DNA of 64,000 nt from Mobula hypostoma (GCF_963921235.1 NC_086107.1:113090001-113154000), one strand, 5' to 3'. Shown: positions 48,580 to 62,671, numbered from the stretch's first letter. Notes: generated by a model from the sequence alone, not told the origin. Numbers and translations: made by a program.

Positions 48580-49350
48580 GAATCTGGTGTTTAATGTCAC
48601 TGGCATATGTCGTGGAATCTGTTGTCCTCGTTGCAGCAGTACAATGCAATATGGAGAACAGAAACTGTGAATTACAGTAAATTATGTATGTTAAATAGTT
48701 CAATTATATAGGTAGTGCAAAAATAGAAATAAAAAAGCAGTGAGGTAGTGTTCATGGGTTCAATGTCCATTCAGAAATTGGATGGCAGAGGGGAAGAAGC
48801 TGTTCCTGAATCGTTGAGTGTGTGCCTTCAGGCTCCTGTACCTCCTTCCTGATGGTAGCAATGAGAAGAGGGCACGTCCTGGGTGATGGGGGATGACGGA
48901 TGCCACCTTTTTGAGGCATCGCTCCTCAAAGGTGTCCTGGACACTACGGAGGCTGGTACTCATGATGGAGCTGACTGAGTTTACAGCTCTCTGCAGCTTA
49001 CTTCCACCCTGTGTGGTAGCCTGCCCCCACCCTCCATATCAGACGGTGATGCAGCCAGTTAGAATGCTCCCCATGGTAGGGAGGGGGAGGGAGGGAGGTG
49101 GGGGGGGGAACTCCATGGTACATCTGTAGAAATTTGCAAGTGCTTTTGGCGACATAGCAAATCTCCTCAAACTCCTGTTGAAATACAGCTGCTGTTGTGC
49201 CTTCTTTGTAGCTGCATCGGTATGTTGGGCTCAGGATAGATCCTCAGAGGTATTGTCACCCAGCTCACTCTCTTCACCTCTGATCCCTCTATGAGGACTG
49301 GTGTGTGTCCCCTCACCTCACCCTTCCTGAAGTCCACAATCAGTTCTTTA
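48580..49350 (-). mobile_element. Rex1/Babar LINE 3' fragment
   Basis: KELIVDFRKG...HHPGRALFSLLPSGRRYRSLKAHTQRFRNSFFPSAI. Confidence 0.88.
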
Positions 49351-49664
49351 ATCTTAACACACAGAACAGTACAGCACAGCGCAAAACTCATTAAACCTAT
49401 GATTCTTAATTGATCTAAACCCTCTAATCCCCTTGACATTGACCACATCCGCCACTTTCCTATGTATCCACATGCCTGTCTATAAGAGTCTCCCATACTA
49501 CCTGTGTCAATCGCTACCCCCGCAGTGCATGCCTGCCCTGTATGATTTTCAGTATGACAACATGCCCTGAACATCTCCTTCTTACTTTCCCCCCTTGCTA
49601 AATACACACCCTCTAGTACTAGACATTTCAACCCTGTGTAGTTGTAGAATACACCTTCTGCTGC

Positions 49665-50255
49665 TACATGGACACGTCTTCAGTGATGAACCCGGGGTCA
49701 TCGGGTGTTTTGGGTCTCTAATCATCAGACACCCTCGACCGGGCGACCCAGCCGGGGGTGATCAGCCCCCGACTTGTGTCCAAGTGGCGCACTAATCCAC
49801 GGATCCCCCCCCGCTCCGGATCCACAGCCACCGCGAGGCCTTTTCAGCAACCACCAGAATGTTCTTGGTGACTCTTCTGCTCTGTAGTCCTTTAACTCCA
49901 AGGCCACTGTAATGAATGGCTAGCAAAGCCCCAGCACCCAACTTCCACAGGCTGACAGCGAGCTCTCCAGCCATTGCTCCAGCATTCTGCAATAAGATCT
50001 GTGTATCTAGCCTTCTTGTGCTCGTTGGCCTCTTCAATCCGGTCTTCCCAGGGGACAGTAAGTTCCAGCAGGACCACTTGCTTTGTAGACTCCGATATTA
50101 ACACCACGTCCGGGCGGAGCGGAGTGGCTGCGATGTTCTCTGGGAACTTGAGCTGCCTCCCTAGGTCGACCTGGAGCTGCCAGTCTCGTGCAGTGGCAAG
50201 GAGCCCTCCCAAGGAGCTAGGCCAATGTTGAGCCTTCTCCCCAGCTCTAATAAAG
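49665..50255 (-). mobile_element. HERO-type (R2-group) non-LTR retrotransposon 3' fragment with restriction-like endonuclease
   Basis: WQLQVDLGRQLKFP...LRPDVVL...VVLLELTVPWE...KKARY..L...GW....PVEVGCWGF, then AEKASRWLW; 3' end gggttcatcactgaagacgtgtcc; splits a CR1 fragment. Confidence 0.85.
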
Positions 50256-50458
50256 GTGAAAAAGATACCGGCTGGATACTCTATCTATGCCTTGTAGGAT
50301 CTTATAAATCTCCGTCAACCCTTCCCTTTTGTCTAACCTCTCCTTGTTGTATGTGTTCTCCAGACCAGGTGCCTTCTTAGTAAACCTCCTCTGCACCCTC
50401 TCACCCTCTCCAATGCCTTCACATCCCTGCTATACGGAGGCAACCGGAACTGAGTGCG

Positions 50459-50642
<184 letters not shown>

Positions 50643-51039
50643 TTTGGACGGGGTGGGCCATGGACGTTGCGTCCCAGATGTCTACGTGATACGCAACCTG
50701 GGGCCGTGACGAGGGACCAAGGTGAGGATGTTGAGGACCCAAGTTCTGAAGTATCTGAGACTAGAGTCGAAACACATTATGACACTGAAACGAGGACAGG
50801 GTTCTAAACTAGATGCTAGACGAGAATAAAAATTTGAGCTGGCGATTGATAACCGGACCTTAGTTCAGGTGCTCTTTACATATTAAAACCCTGGCGCAAA
50901 ACATGGCTGCCAATTAGCGGGGAGGGCATGAGTCTTTAAAGGGGCCACGCCAGTTATCTGTATTCCAGAGAGTTGTGGTGTCTAAACCCTGGAAGGTAGC
51001 GCGGTTGGGTGTGTATCGTAACAAGGGCAGTGCAGATCA

Positions 51040-51470
51040 AGCTTTTGCCCAGGCAGCAGGCCCCCCCTTTCCATGCAGCTGATGAACTCAAAGGAAAGGC
51101 AGAGACCGATACAGTTTGGCACCAGCAGTGTCGCAGGAGTTGCCCGTCAGCGTTGAACTCGATGTAGGACTGACTTAGGGACTTCAGCTCCAGGTTTTTC
51201 TCTAGGTTTACTCCCAAAGCCTCCCCCATGAGTGGGTGTAGCCGCAAGCCAGCGGAGGTTTGAGATCAGAGTTTTCCTTCTCCTAGATGAGCTGCCAACC
51301 ACGGCTGACAAAGCCCCATCTGCCCGAAGCGACTGGTTTTAAGGTGCCAATAAGCCACCTTTGCCCCTTCTGATGTCGGTCGAAACAGTTCCACTGGGCT
51401 TAGTAGCTAAGCCACACGTGAAGGCCAGAAGCTGAATTTGGTTGTCAGAGGCTATTTGAGACATGCTACA
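51040..51470 (-). mobile_element. RTE-clade 5' UTR-derived fragment
   Basis: Minus strand ggcagctcatctaggagaaggaaaactctgatctcaaacctcc, a motif recognised from RTE 5' UTRs. Confidence 0.6.
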
Positions 51471-52893
51471 GGAGCATGTAATAGGTAGTGATGTAGGTTT
51501 CCGCAAATAAAAGGAAAAGAGGTGTTTTATGTTTAACAAAACCCATAACATATTTTATTGAACTCCAAAATCTACACAAAAACGTGCGAAAAATGTTTTA
51601 CATAATAACGTCACCACGTCAGACCAGCCTCTTAGAGTGAAACCTCAACTCAGTGGTGCAGGTTGTGAATTATGTACATTGCTCCCAATTGTGTTGCCCA
51701 AATGAGCTTATCCCCGTCACCAGCCCCAGCTGTAGCAACCTTAAGGAGCCATGCAATACTCTGCGTATAACTTAAGCAGGGTTTTATGAAGCTGTAACCT
51801 AACTATGTGGTTTTTGAACTCATTGCCTCGATTACTAGATTAATTTAGTATCAGAGAATTACGGTATACCACCTGAAATTCTTACTCTCTGCAGACATCC
51901 TCGAGGCAGGAGAAAAACCCCAAGAATGAATGACAGAAAAAACCCATAAGAACCCCAAAGCCCCCACCCCCTCTTGTGCACAAGCAGCATCAACCCTCCC
52001 TCCACTTATTCCAGCACAAAGCTTCAGGATCCCACCGCCCAACGTGACAGAAACAGCAAAGCCCCCAAGGTGAGAGCTTAGTCTGCAGTACATCAAAAGC
52101 TAGCTGTTCATTCCAGCATCTCATCATCCCACAGGCCCCCTCTCTCTCTCTCACTAGCAAGGGAGAGACAGATATCGCTCCTTCCGCAGCGAGAGGGGGG
52201 AAGACAGTCGCTGCATCGATGTTATAGTCAGTCTGAAGCAATGCCTTTATTTCGAGTTCCCCAACTCGAGAATCATGCCATACACCTTCTTTACTGTGTG
52301 GCACTTGTAGGAAATTCTGTATCTGGACCCCAGGTTTATACACAGCATCAGGGACTCAGTTTAAAATCTCACCTGAGGTAGAGCACTCTCGACAATGCAT
52401 CTTCTTTACAGCACTCTTGTGGTCTGGCTAAATTTCCATCTGGACCTCCTCAAATCAAGTTAAATCAATCCAACGTTCTTTATATTTTTGTTCCGACCTG
52501 CCCATGAACCTATTGGGGGCCTTTTCCCCTCTGCTTGAGTGAGAGTAGAACAAGAGGTTTAGGTCATAGGGTGAAAGGGGAACCACTCTGAGGGGGGATG
52601 TGACACGGAACAAGCTGCCGGCTGAAGAGGTAGATGTGGGCTCGATTATAACGTTTCAGAGAAGTTTGAATAGGTACGTGGATCAGAGGGGTTTGGAGGA
52701 CTATAGACGGGACTATGCCAGCATGGATTCGATGGGCCAAAGGGCCTGTTTTGGTGTTCTAATGACTTAATGGATTTTAGACTCCTAAATCTCCAGGCTG
52801 CTTCACCGTTAATGAAATGCTGAAAAATACAACAGACAATGTGGCTCTTTGGCCCATCGTGTTAGTGGCAGCTGAAGAGAGGTTAATGAGTAC

Positions 52894-53099
52894 TGTAGGT
52901 TTATGCAAATAAAACAAAGTGAGGCATTTTATGTTTAACAAAGGCTGTAACACCTTTTATTGAACTCCAAAACCTGCCCAACAAGAGTGCGCTAAAAGCC
53001 TTTTAGGTAATAATATCATCCAGCCTCTTAAAGTGAAACCTCAACTCAATGTCGGTGGTTGTGAATTATGCATATTTTCCCCAATTACGTTACCCTACA
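52894..53099 (-). mobile_element. Solo-LTR-like or MITE-like element; diverged second copy at ~51492-51702
   Basis: tgtagg...cctaca termini; shared blocks ttttatgtttaacaaa, ttttattgaactccaaaa, gtgaaacctcaactca; no TSD seen. Confidence 0.6.
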
Positions 53100-53169
53100 A
53101 TTCTAACCAATTCCAGCTCACTGTCCGAAGCCTCATGAACAATAATGACTTTTCAACTGGGACATTTAA

Positions 53170-53430
53170 AAAAATTTATTTATGTATGAGATACAGTGTG
53201 GAATAGGCCCTTCAAGCCACGCCCCCCCAACAACCCCCGATTTAACCCTAATCTAGTCACAGAACAATTTACGATGACTAATTAACCTATTAACCGGCAC
53301 CTCTGTGGACGGTGGGAGGAAACCAGAGCACCCAGAGGAAACCCACGCATTCCACGGGGAGGATGTTGGGATTGAGTGCTGAACTCCGACGTCCCGGGCT
53401 GGAATAGGGTTGTGCTAACCATGGCGCCTG
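53170..53430 (-). mobile_element. V-domain SINE
   Basis: gtgggaggaaaccagagcacccagaggaaacccacgc plus tail shared with 31670-31785. Confidence 0.75.
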
Positions 53431-53821
53431 GGTGAATGGTCTATTTCCAGGATTGTTGAAGCAAACACCCGAGGATATAGCAGAAGCTTTAGTATACCAT
53501 GGGTGGTAGATACATAGAACCAGCTGAAGTGTCCACGTTGGTACATTTAAGAGGCACGTGGACAGGTATTTGGTTAACAAGAGTTGAGAGGGGTATGAGC
53601 CACATGTTGCAAAATTGGATTATCTTAAATGTACTTATTGGTCATTGATGACATTGACGAGCTGAAGGATTTTCTTCTGTGCTGTAATTCAAGTAGTAAT
53701 CCAGGTAATAGTTATCTGTGATCGGGCTTTCTCCTCCTTCCACCCTTTCAGCTCTCCATGGACCCCTGGTACAGCAAAATACCTCCCTAATTCTTCTACC
53801 GACCCATCTTAAATTCACACT

Positions 53822-54530
53822 CAGTGGCCACTTTATAAGGTACACCTGTACACCTGCTCGTTAATGCAAATATCTAATCAGCCAATCATGTGGCAGCAAC
53901 TCAATGCATAAAAGCATGCAGACATGGTCAAGAGGTTCAGTTGTTGTTCAGACCAAACATCAGAATGGGGAAGAAATGTGATCTTGGCTGTGGAATGATC
54001 ATTGGCGCCAGACAGGGTAGTTTAAGTATCTCAGAAACTGCTGATTTCCTGGGATTTTCGCACAGAACAGTCTCCAGAGTTTACAAAAAAACATCCAGTG
54101 AGTGGCAGTTCTGTGGGTGAAAATGCCTTGTAAATTTGAGAGAACATAGGAAATAAGAGCAGGAGTCGGCCATCTGGCCCGTCGCGCCTGCTCCACCATT
54201 CAATAAGATCATGGCTGATCTGACTACGGGCTCATCTCCACCTACCTGCTTTTTTCCCCATAACCCTTAGTTCCCCTACTATGCAAAAATCTATCCAACC
54301 TTGTCCTAAATATATTTAAGAGGAAAACGGCCAGACTGCTTCAAGCTGACAGGAAGGTGACAGTAACTCAAATAACCATGTATTACGACAGTGGTGTGCA
54401 GAAGAGCATCTCTGAACACACAACACATCGAACCTTGAAGTGGATGGGCTACAGCAGCAGAAGACGATGAACATACACACAATGGCCACTTTATTAGGTA
54501 CAGGAGGCACCAAATAGAGTGGCCACTGAG
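53822..54530 (+). mobile_element. Internally deleted Tc1/mariner element with a CR1 3' insert (~54140-54318)
   Basis: Both TIRs (cagtggccactttat / agagtggccactgag); MIIGARQGSLSISETADFLGFSHRTVSRVY HTH. Confidence 0.88.
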
Positions 54531-55492
54531 TGTATGTCACACCCTCGACTCACTAATAGAGTCTTAGAAAAGTACAGCACAGGAGCAGGCACTTTGGCCC
54601 ATCTACTCCGTGCTGAACCATTTAAACTGTCTACTAATTGCTCTCTCCTGAAATTCCTACCCTGAGTGATTGACCTCATATTGAACAAAGTACACCTATT
54701 ATCAAAGTATGTATACATTGTACAACTTTGAGATTCATCTCCTTACAGGCAGCCACGGAACAAAGATATCCCAAAAGAAACCATTAAAAAATTGGGAACT
54801 GCTTCTTTCCAACTGTGATAAGACTGCTGAACGGATCCTGACCCGGATCTGGGCCGTACCCTCCAAATATCCGGACCTGCCTCTCGGTTTTTTTTTTGCA
54901 CTACCTTACTTTCCATTTTTCTATTATCTATTTATGATTTATAATTTAAATTTTTAATATTTACTATCGATTTGTAATCCAGAGAGCAGGAAGCGCAGAA
55001 TCAAATATCGCTGTGATGATTGTACATTCTAGTATCAATTGCTTAGCGACAATAAAGTATAAAGGATAAAAAAAAGACCGACGAGAGAAGAGAAAAAAAA
55101 AACAAATCGTGCAAACGATAAAAGTAAGCAAATAGCATTCGGAATGAAAGTTATATGTGCTACATCAAGGTGCCTTGTGAAGTGCTTTGCACCTTGGCCC
55201 TCAGAAGAACGCTGTTCTGTTTGAGTGGTTGAATAACTATTAAACTTGATCTTGAAATGATCTATCGTTGTCGATCTGTTGCTGTCTGCACCATGTGATC
55301 TACCCCAGTGCCGTCATCAGATCTGGAGAGAGAGCTCTCTCTTCCACCTGAATTGTTTATTGTAAGTCTAATTGTTTAGGAGTAGTTGCAAGAGGAGTAC
55401 CAAGCCCAGGGAGGATCCCACACGTCCTGTTTGTTTAGAGAACTGCGCAGTTCCCAGGCTCGTACACAGATGAACCAGAAATGCATTACCAG

Positions 55493-56030
55493 GAACACAA
55501 GAGGTTCTGCAGATGTTGGAAATCCAGAGCCACGCACACACACAGAGTGCTGGGGGATCTCAGCAGGTCAGGCAGCATCCACGAAAATGAATGAACTGTC
55601 GGTGTTTCTGTCCGAGACCCTTCTTCAGAACTGGAAAGGAAGGAGGAAGACGTCACAATAGAAAGGTGGCGGGAGGGGAAGGTTTCAGCTAGGAGCTACT
55701 AGGTGAAGCCAGGTGAGTGGGAAAGGAATCTGATAGGAGAGGAGACTGGGCCATAGGAGAAAGGGAAGAAGGAGAGTCACCAGAGGGAGGTGATAGGCAG
55801 GAGAGGAGAAGAGGTAAGAGGCCAGAGTGGGAAGTAGATGAAGAGGGAAAACTACTGGAAGGAGAAATCAATGCTCATGCCATCAATTGGCGGTTACCCA
55901 GACGGAATATGAGGTGTTGCTCCTCCACTCTGAGAGTGGCCTCGTCGTGACAGAACAGGAGGCCATAGACCGACATGTTGGAATGGGAATGGGGATAGGA
56001 ATTAAAATGGTTATCCGACCACTGAGAAAT
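55493..56030 (-). mobile_element. Degenerate PLE 3' fragment
   Basis: pLTR ctgcagatgttgg...ctcagcaggtcaggcagcatc; decayed hammerhead ~55601-55632; GIY-YIG end homologous to 850-990. Confidence 0.82.
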
Positions 56031-58461
56031 TCACTTTCAATGAGTGGAGGAGTTATGCTTAAGAAAGTGGTCCCGCAAAGTGGTACAAGGTGTATATCTC
56101 TTCCTATTGTCAGTTCAAATATATATGTACCTACCACTTTTTGCACAGTACTGATTATGTACTCAAAGGGTGATGCCTCAAAAAGGGAGCATCCATCATT
56201 AAGGATCCCCATGAGTCAGAACATGCCCTTTTCTCATCGCTACCATCAGGGAGGAGGTACAGGATCCTGAAGGCACATGTTCAACGTTTTAGGAACACCT
56301 TCTTCCCCTCTGCCTGCTTCACTGCCGCTGCTACTGTGCGATCGAGAATCTCCGGAGACGAAGGCCCCAAATCCTCGGCTTTGCGTATCGCCTATTGCTG
56401 GGGCCGGGGTCGAAACGCTCGGCAGAGATGGTGCTCGGTGCTCGGTGTCGGAGAGCTGGTCGGAGGCTCGGAGTTTTTTCGGACGGACTCGGAGTCGGAC
56501 TGTGGTCGGATGCTTCCGGGATGCCGCATCGGCAAGTTGGCGGCGCTGGAGGTTCACCGTCTGCGTGAGATGATGGGACTTTCAAGAGACTTTGAGACTT
56601 CTCCTGTGCCATGGTCTGTTCTTATCAAATTACGATATTGCTTTGCACTGTTGTAACTATATGTTATCATTATGTGGTTTTTGTTAGTTTTTAAGTCGGT
56701 TTGTCATGTGTTTTCGTGATATCATTCTGGAAAAACATTTTTATCATTTCTTAATGCATGCATTACTAAATGACAATAAAAGGAGATTGCATGTCCTCAT
56801 AATCATAATCATAATCTGATTTCTGAATGAACAGTGAATCCATAAAATCTACCTCAGTATTTTCCCCTCTCTTTTTGCACTACTTACTCACGTTATATAT
56901 ATATATATCACTTTTTGTAATTTATAGATTTTAATTATTATGTATTGCAATGTACTGCCGTTGCAAAGACAAGTTTCATGACATATGCCAGTGATGTTAA
57001 ACCTCATTCTAATTCTTTGATAATAAATTTACTTCAAGCATTTGAACCTTGAATAGTAAACCAATACCAATATTCATCAAAAAATACAGCACAGAAACAG
57101 ACCCTTCGGCCCATTAGTCTGTGCCAACCCATTTAAATTTGCCTTCTCCCACCGACCTGCATAGCCCTCCATACCCCGACTACTTATGTACTTATCCAAC
57201 CTTCTCTTAAACATTGAAATTGAGCTCACAGCCCATTCCACACTCTGAACACCCTCAGAGAGAAGAAGTTTCTCCTTAAACTTTTTGCCTTTCACCCTTA
57301 ACCCGTGACCTCTATTTGCAGTCCCTCCCAACCTCACATTTTGAATTGTTCTGCTGCAAAAAAAACCCAATTTCACATCATTTAATGGAGCGCTAGTTAA
57401 TCTGGTTCTGACTCTGCCATTAACTTAGTGACTGCTCCTGAGCTGACATCAGCCACACGAAAGGGAATTGCATAAACAGGTGTCGAGGTCAATTTCCTGA
57501 TGTTCGTTAATCAACTGAAAAACGGTCTAATGAGCACCCAATGGGTGTCATTTGCAATTACTACATACAGGTGTACAACTTAATTAGGCCGTTAAGCTCA
57601 TTGAGTCTGCTCCACCATTCCATCATGGCTGATTTATTATCCCTCTCAACCCCATTCTCCAGCCTTCTCCCCGTAAACTTTAATGCCCTGACTAATCATG
57701 AACCTATCAACCTCCACTTTAAATGTACCCAGAATCAGAATCAGGTTTAATATCGCTGGCATATGTCGAGAAGTTTGTTGTCTTTGCAGCAGCAGTGCAA
57801 TGCACTGCAGAGTAATAAGTACATAGTAATTACAGATTTTAGTCCTTTTCTTTTGCAAGATTAGGTACTTAATTGGCCATGGAGTGCATGTCCATGGCCT
57901 TCTGCTTTTGTAGACCATCTACTTGAAGGTTTGATGTGTTCTGCTTACAGAGATGCTCTTCAGCACACAACTGTGGTTAGTGAGTTATTGGCATCTTCAT
58001 GTCAGCTTGTACCAGTCTGGCCATTTGCCACTGACGTCTCCCACTAACAAGGCATTTTTACCCACAGAGCTGTCACTCCTTTCCAGAGCAATCTTTATTC
58101 CTCTACTTGCCCTGCTGCCCTCTCCTTTCACTCATTTCATCAAACCTCTTCCTGCCCTCCATCCCATATCTGGACTTCCTCTCCTCTTCTCTGGAAACCT
58201 GTTTTGCCTCCAGCCTTTCCAGTCAAACTTAGACGCACAAACTCCGTTTCCCTCTCTGCAGATACTGCCTCACCAGCTGTGACATCTCTTAATCTTCTTT
58301 CAGATCTCCAACATCCTTGGTCCTCCTCACCCTGCCCCCTTGAATACACCACATCACAGAGAAAAACTTCAGTGAATATCACTCTATCGTGGGCACGAGC
58401 CTCCCCAGAATCGAGGGCATCTTCAAAAGGAGATGCTACATCCATCATCCATCACTAATTA

Positions 58462-58790
58462 TTCTTCTCCGTGGATTGTCACCTTGTCGCGGTGGAGAAG
58501 CTTGTGTGGTCCTGTGATCCCGAGAGCGATGCCGTCTGGAGCTATGCTCCTGGTACGGTCACCCATGGCGGTAAGGTCGAGGGTGAGGCCCCAGACAAAG
58601 AACAATCCAACCAAGACCTCAACGGTGGAACAGGCGGATGAAGTTACTTCAAACTCAACGGCTGTGAAGGCGGATGAAAGCTGCAAAAAATCCATCAAAT
58701 ACACGCACAGGCATCTTCGCTCTGTGGGCCACTTCTTCAGATCGAAGATCGTCATCCTCGACCTCGAGGGATAGCCACGACGACGATGAC
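58462..58790 (+). mobile_element. Second non-autonomous bipartite RTE-derived family
   Basis: 5' caccttgtcgcggtggagaagcttgtgtg...ggtcacccatggc...ccagacaaag (Expander/Rex3-like 5' UTR); 3' cgagggatagccacgacgacgatgac tail. Confidence 0.7.
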
Positions 58791-58859
58791 AACTAATTAT
58801 TTAATATTTAAGTAATATTTGAGTAATGTTGTATGATTAAACATAAATATATATTCTGT

Positions 58860-60072
58860 TGGAATTCTTTTGAGAAAATAACAAGCAGGTAGACAAAGGA
58901 GAGTCAGTGGATGTATACTTGGATTTTTAGAAAGCCTTTGACAAGTTATTGCACAAGAGGCTGATTAACAAGATAAGAGCTCATGGGATTACAGGAAAGA
59001 TACTAGCATGGATAGAAGATTAGCTGACTGGCAGGAAGCAAAGGTGGCCTTTCTGGTTGGATGCCAGTGACTAGTGGTTTTCCACAGGGGTTGGTGTTCT
59101 TTTCGTATTATAAGTCAACGATCCAGAAGACGGAATTGGTGTCTTTGTGGTCAGGTTTGTAGATGATACGAAGATAGGTGGAAGGGCAGCTAGTGTTGAG
59201 GAAATAGGGTATCTGCAGGAGGACTTAGATAGATTGGGGGAGTGGGCAAAGAAATGGTAGATGGAATATAATGTGGGGAAGTGTATGGTCATGCACTTTG
59301 GTAGAAGGATTAAAGGTGTAGACTATTTTCTAAACAGGGAAAAAATCATAAATCAGAGGTGCAAAGGCATTTGGGAGTCCTCATGCACGATTTCCTAAAA
59401 GATAAATCTGCAGGTTTAATTAGTGGTGAGGAAGGCAAATGCAATGTTAGCATTCATTTCAAAAGGTCTAGAATATAAAAGCAAGGAAGTAATGCTAGGC
59501 TTTACAAGGCATTGGTCAGACCACACAGAGTATTGCGAGCAGAATTGGAGCCCTTATCAAAGAAAAGATGTGCTGGCGTTGGAGAGGATTCAGGGCAGGT
59601 TGTCGAGAATGATCCCAGGAATGGAAGGGTTAACATATGAGGAGCATTTGGTGGCCCTGGGCCTGTACTCGCTGGAGTTTAGGAGAACGAAGGGGGATCT
59701 TACTGGAACCTATTGAATATTGAATGGCCTAGATACAGTGGATGTGGAGAGGGCGTTTCCTACAGTGGGGGAATCTAAAACCTGAGGGCACAGCCTCAGA
59801 GTAGAAGGACATCCATTTAGAACAGAGTTGAGGAGGAATTTTTTCAGCCGGAGAGTAGTGGATCTGTAGAATTCCTTCCCACAGACGGCTGTGGAGGTCA
59901 AGTCATTGGGTATATTTAAAGCAGAGGTTGGTCGTTTCTTGATTAGTCAGGGCATCAAAGGTTACGGTGAGAAGGCAGGAGAATGGGATTGAGAGGGGAA
60001 ATAAATCAGCCATAATGGAATGGCAGAGCAAACTCGATGGGCCGAGTGGCCTAATTCTGCTCCTATGTCTTA
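58860..60072 (+). mobile_element. CR1 RT/3' fragment
   Basis: YLDF.KAFDK, FVDDTKIGG, KANAMLAFI, CR1 3' terminus. Confidence 0.9.
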
Positions 60073-61299
60073 CGAATTTACCCGCACATCTTCTGTCAGC
60101 TGAGAATTCACTCCATGGCCGCAGTTCCGATTTGCGAACTGTCCGTATTGCAAGCAGTTCAGAAGAAACAGACTCTGCTGTAACCTGACAAGGACCTGTA
60201 CTATGTTACTCAGAGGGTATCAGTGTAAACTGTCTCAATTTGTAACTATCTGCTAGAATGGAGAAAGAAGGCAAGAATTGCATTTACATAGCGTCGTTCC
60301 CAAGCTCTAGAGAGTCAAAGCACAAGGGTGTAGCCACTTCTTAAGCAGAAGACTGGAGTAACCAGTTTGTGCACAGCAAGATCCCACAACAGCATAGCCA
60401 AGTTCATCTGTGATAGTTAAGAAATGAATACCATAAAAGATTCAAAGAATATTTATTATCAAGAGAAGAAAGCTCTTAACTACGACATGACGGGGTTCTT
60501 TTAGCAGGCTTTCATATTTTTACGAGGCCGAGTTGCACGCATTTATTATCAAAGTATTTATAAATTATATACCCTTGAGATTTGTCTGCTTACAGGCAGC
60601 CACAAAGCAAGAAACCTGAAAGAACCCAATTTTAAAAAATAAAGACCAACCCCCAATGCGCATAGGAAAAGAAAAAAAAACAAATCATGCAAACAACAGA
60701 AGCGAGCAACAACGTTCCGAACCAAGTTGAGTCCTTAGATCTGAATCCCCGGAGCTGCCAGAGTAGGCCCAAAGCCTCGGTCTCAGTTCATCATATTAGC
60801 AGGGCAAATTGCCCCGAAGTTTGCAGACACGAAGCACGGCAGCCGGGGGGCAGCCTCACAGCCTCGACGTGAAATTGCCCCCACCCCATCCCGAACACTT
60901 GCGCTTCGGCTTTGCAACACACCAGCACGCCTCATCCCTCCAATCAGCTTCGCCTTCGCTAACCTCTTCATTGTTTGCAGTGATAGTTTACCACAATTTA
61001 CCTCAGAAACGGTGTTATTAATTATGTTTTGAGCCAAATTTATTGCCTTTTGAATTACTAGTCAACTGTCGCTCGCCTTCAGTAACACCATTTCAAACCG
61101 GAAAACACCAGTAATCCACTAGTTACCTATTTGGTTAATGCTAATTTGGCTCTGATTGTGGGTGTAGTTTTTCACAGTAATGCTTGTTTTTTACAGGCCT
61201 TTTCCTCCCATTTTTATACAATTTATGTAAAGTTTATATTCGGTGTATTTATGTGCCTAAGATGCTCTGTAACCACATTTTCATTCTGCCTTTGCCTCG

Positions 61300-62005
61300 A
61301 CAATGGAGAGGAGCTGTCCGGGGACCAGCTTCAGAAAGAAAGCACGGCAGCACCTCTACTTCCTTAGAGGTTTGCGAAGTTTCGGCGTGACATCTAAACC
61401 ATTGACAAACTTCTAGAGATGTGTGGTGGGGAGTATCACGGCCTGGTATGGCAACACCAGCGCCCAGGACAGGAAAAGCCTACAAAAAGTGGTGGATACG
61501 GCCTGGTCCATCACCGAAAAAACCCTCCCCACCATTGAGCACATCTACAAGAAGCACAGTGGCTAGAAAGTAGCACCCATCATTAAAGGCTCCCCCTGCC
61601 ATCCAGGCCAACTTTTATTCTCACTGCTGCCATTGGGGAGGAGGCCCACACCACCAGGCTCAGGAGCAGTTTTTACCCTTCAACCATCAGGCTCCTGGAC
61701 TACTGTGGATAACTTCACTTACCTCAACTTCCAACTGTTTCCACAGCCAATGGACTCACTTTCAAAGACTCTATAACTCATGTTCACAATATTATTTATT
61801 TTTTTGTTTTTTTGTTTTTATTTTGTATTTTCACAGTTTGCTTATTTTACACATTGTTTGTCAGTCTTTGTGTGTACTTTTTCATTGATTCTATTGTATT
61901 TCTTCGTTCTACTGTGAATGCCTGCAAGGAAAGGAATCTCAGGGTTGTATCTGGTGACATATACACTTTGATAACTAATTTACTTTGAACTTTGAACTTT
62001 GAAAC
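61300..62005 (+). mobile_element. Rex1/Babar LINE 3' fragment
   Basis: KKARQHLYFLRGLRSFG...; (tttgaac)n tail. Confidence 0.85.
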
Positions 62006-62671
62006 TGGACCTGTCTTGAGAATTACTCGGTATTTGGCTGACCGGCTGATTTTCGCTCAGCTCCCTTGAAACTCATATTCCTCCATTTTGCAAATTCCCT
62101 TTAGGTTCGCCAGGTTCACTAGAAAATCTGTTACCACATCTAAACAAGAAGTGAATCGGGATTCCTCTTCCTCTTTTCGGGCCCTGAGCCCCTAGTGTAC
62201 AATAGGCCATTGATGACTTCTGTCTGTCTCCATCATCCAAAGTCGATGTTACGGTTGTGAAGTTCATCAACATTTCTGTGGTCAGTTGTGTGCACTGTAC
62301 AAGGGGTTGGCCAATACAGAGAATCAGGTCTGTATTGTGTGTTAATAGATCCCATTATCCGGAAAATCCACCAGCTATCATCAGGATGCTACAACTCCCA
62401 TCTGTCCAACAACCTCCATGACCTCCCCCCCCCCACACCTTAATATCAGGTTTGAGGTACCACAGCATTAGGAAAAGGACTGTTATGATGGCATCTCCCA
62501 CCAGGCTGTGAGATTACTAAACCCTCATCACCAGCCATGTCTCATCACGTATGAAGCACCAGCAGTGTTATACTGTGTACTTTTTAACTTGTATATGGAC
62601 CTTATTCTAAATGTCAGTCTTCCAGAATATATTTTATAAGTTGTTAATTTATTTGTGGTCACATTACTTTT

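Noticed and set aside
49700..49740. Hammerhead-like gggtgtCTGATGA...aaaacaccc in the HERO 3' UTR (minus)
   Set aside because: No room for stem I between GUC and CUGAUGA, and GAAA is absent; only a hairpin is supported.
51492..53099. Two direct LTR-like repeats as one LTR retrotransposon
   Set aside because: The copies are clearly diverged, the interior is unrelated repeat debris, and there is no PBS, PPT or TSD.
55306..62160. Scattered plus-strand exon-like segments (55306-55358 PSSDLERELSLPPELFI|gtaagt; ~60100; ~62105 SPGSLENLLPHLNKK*)
   Set aside because: No recognisable homology, no start exon, and they cannot be chained convincingly; such splice-like signals are frequent by chance. RNA-seq could revive them.
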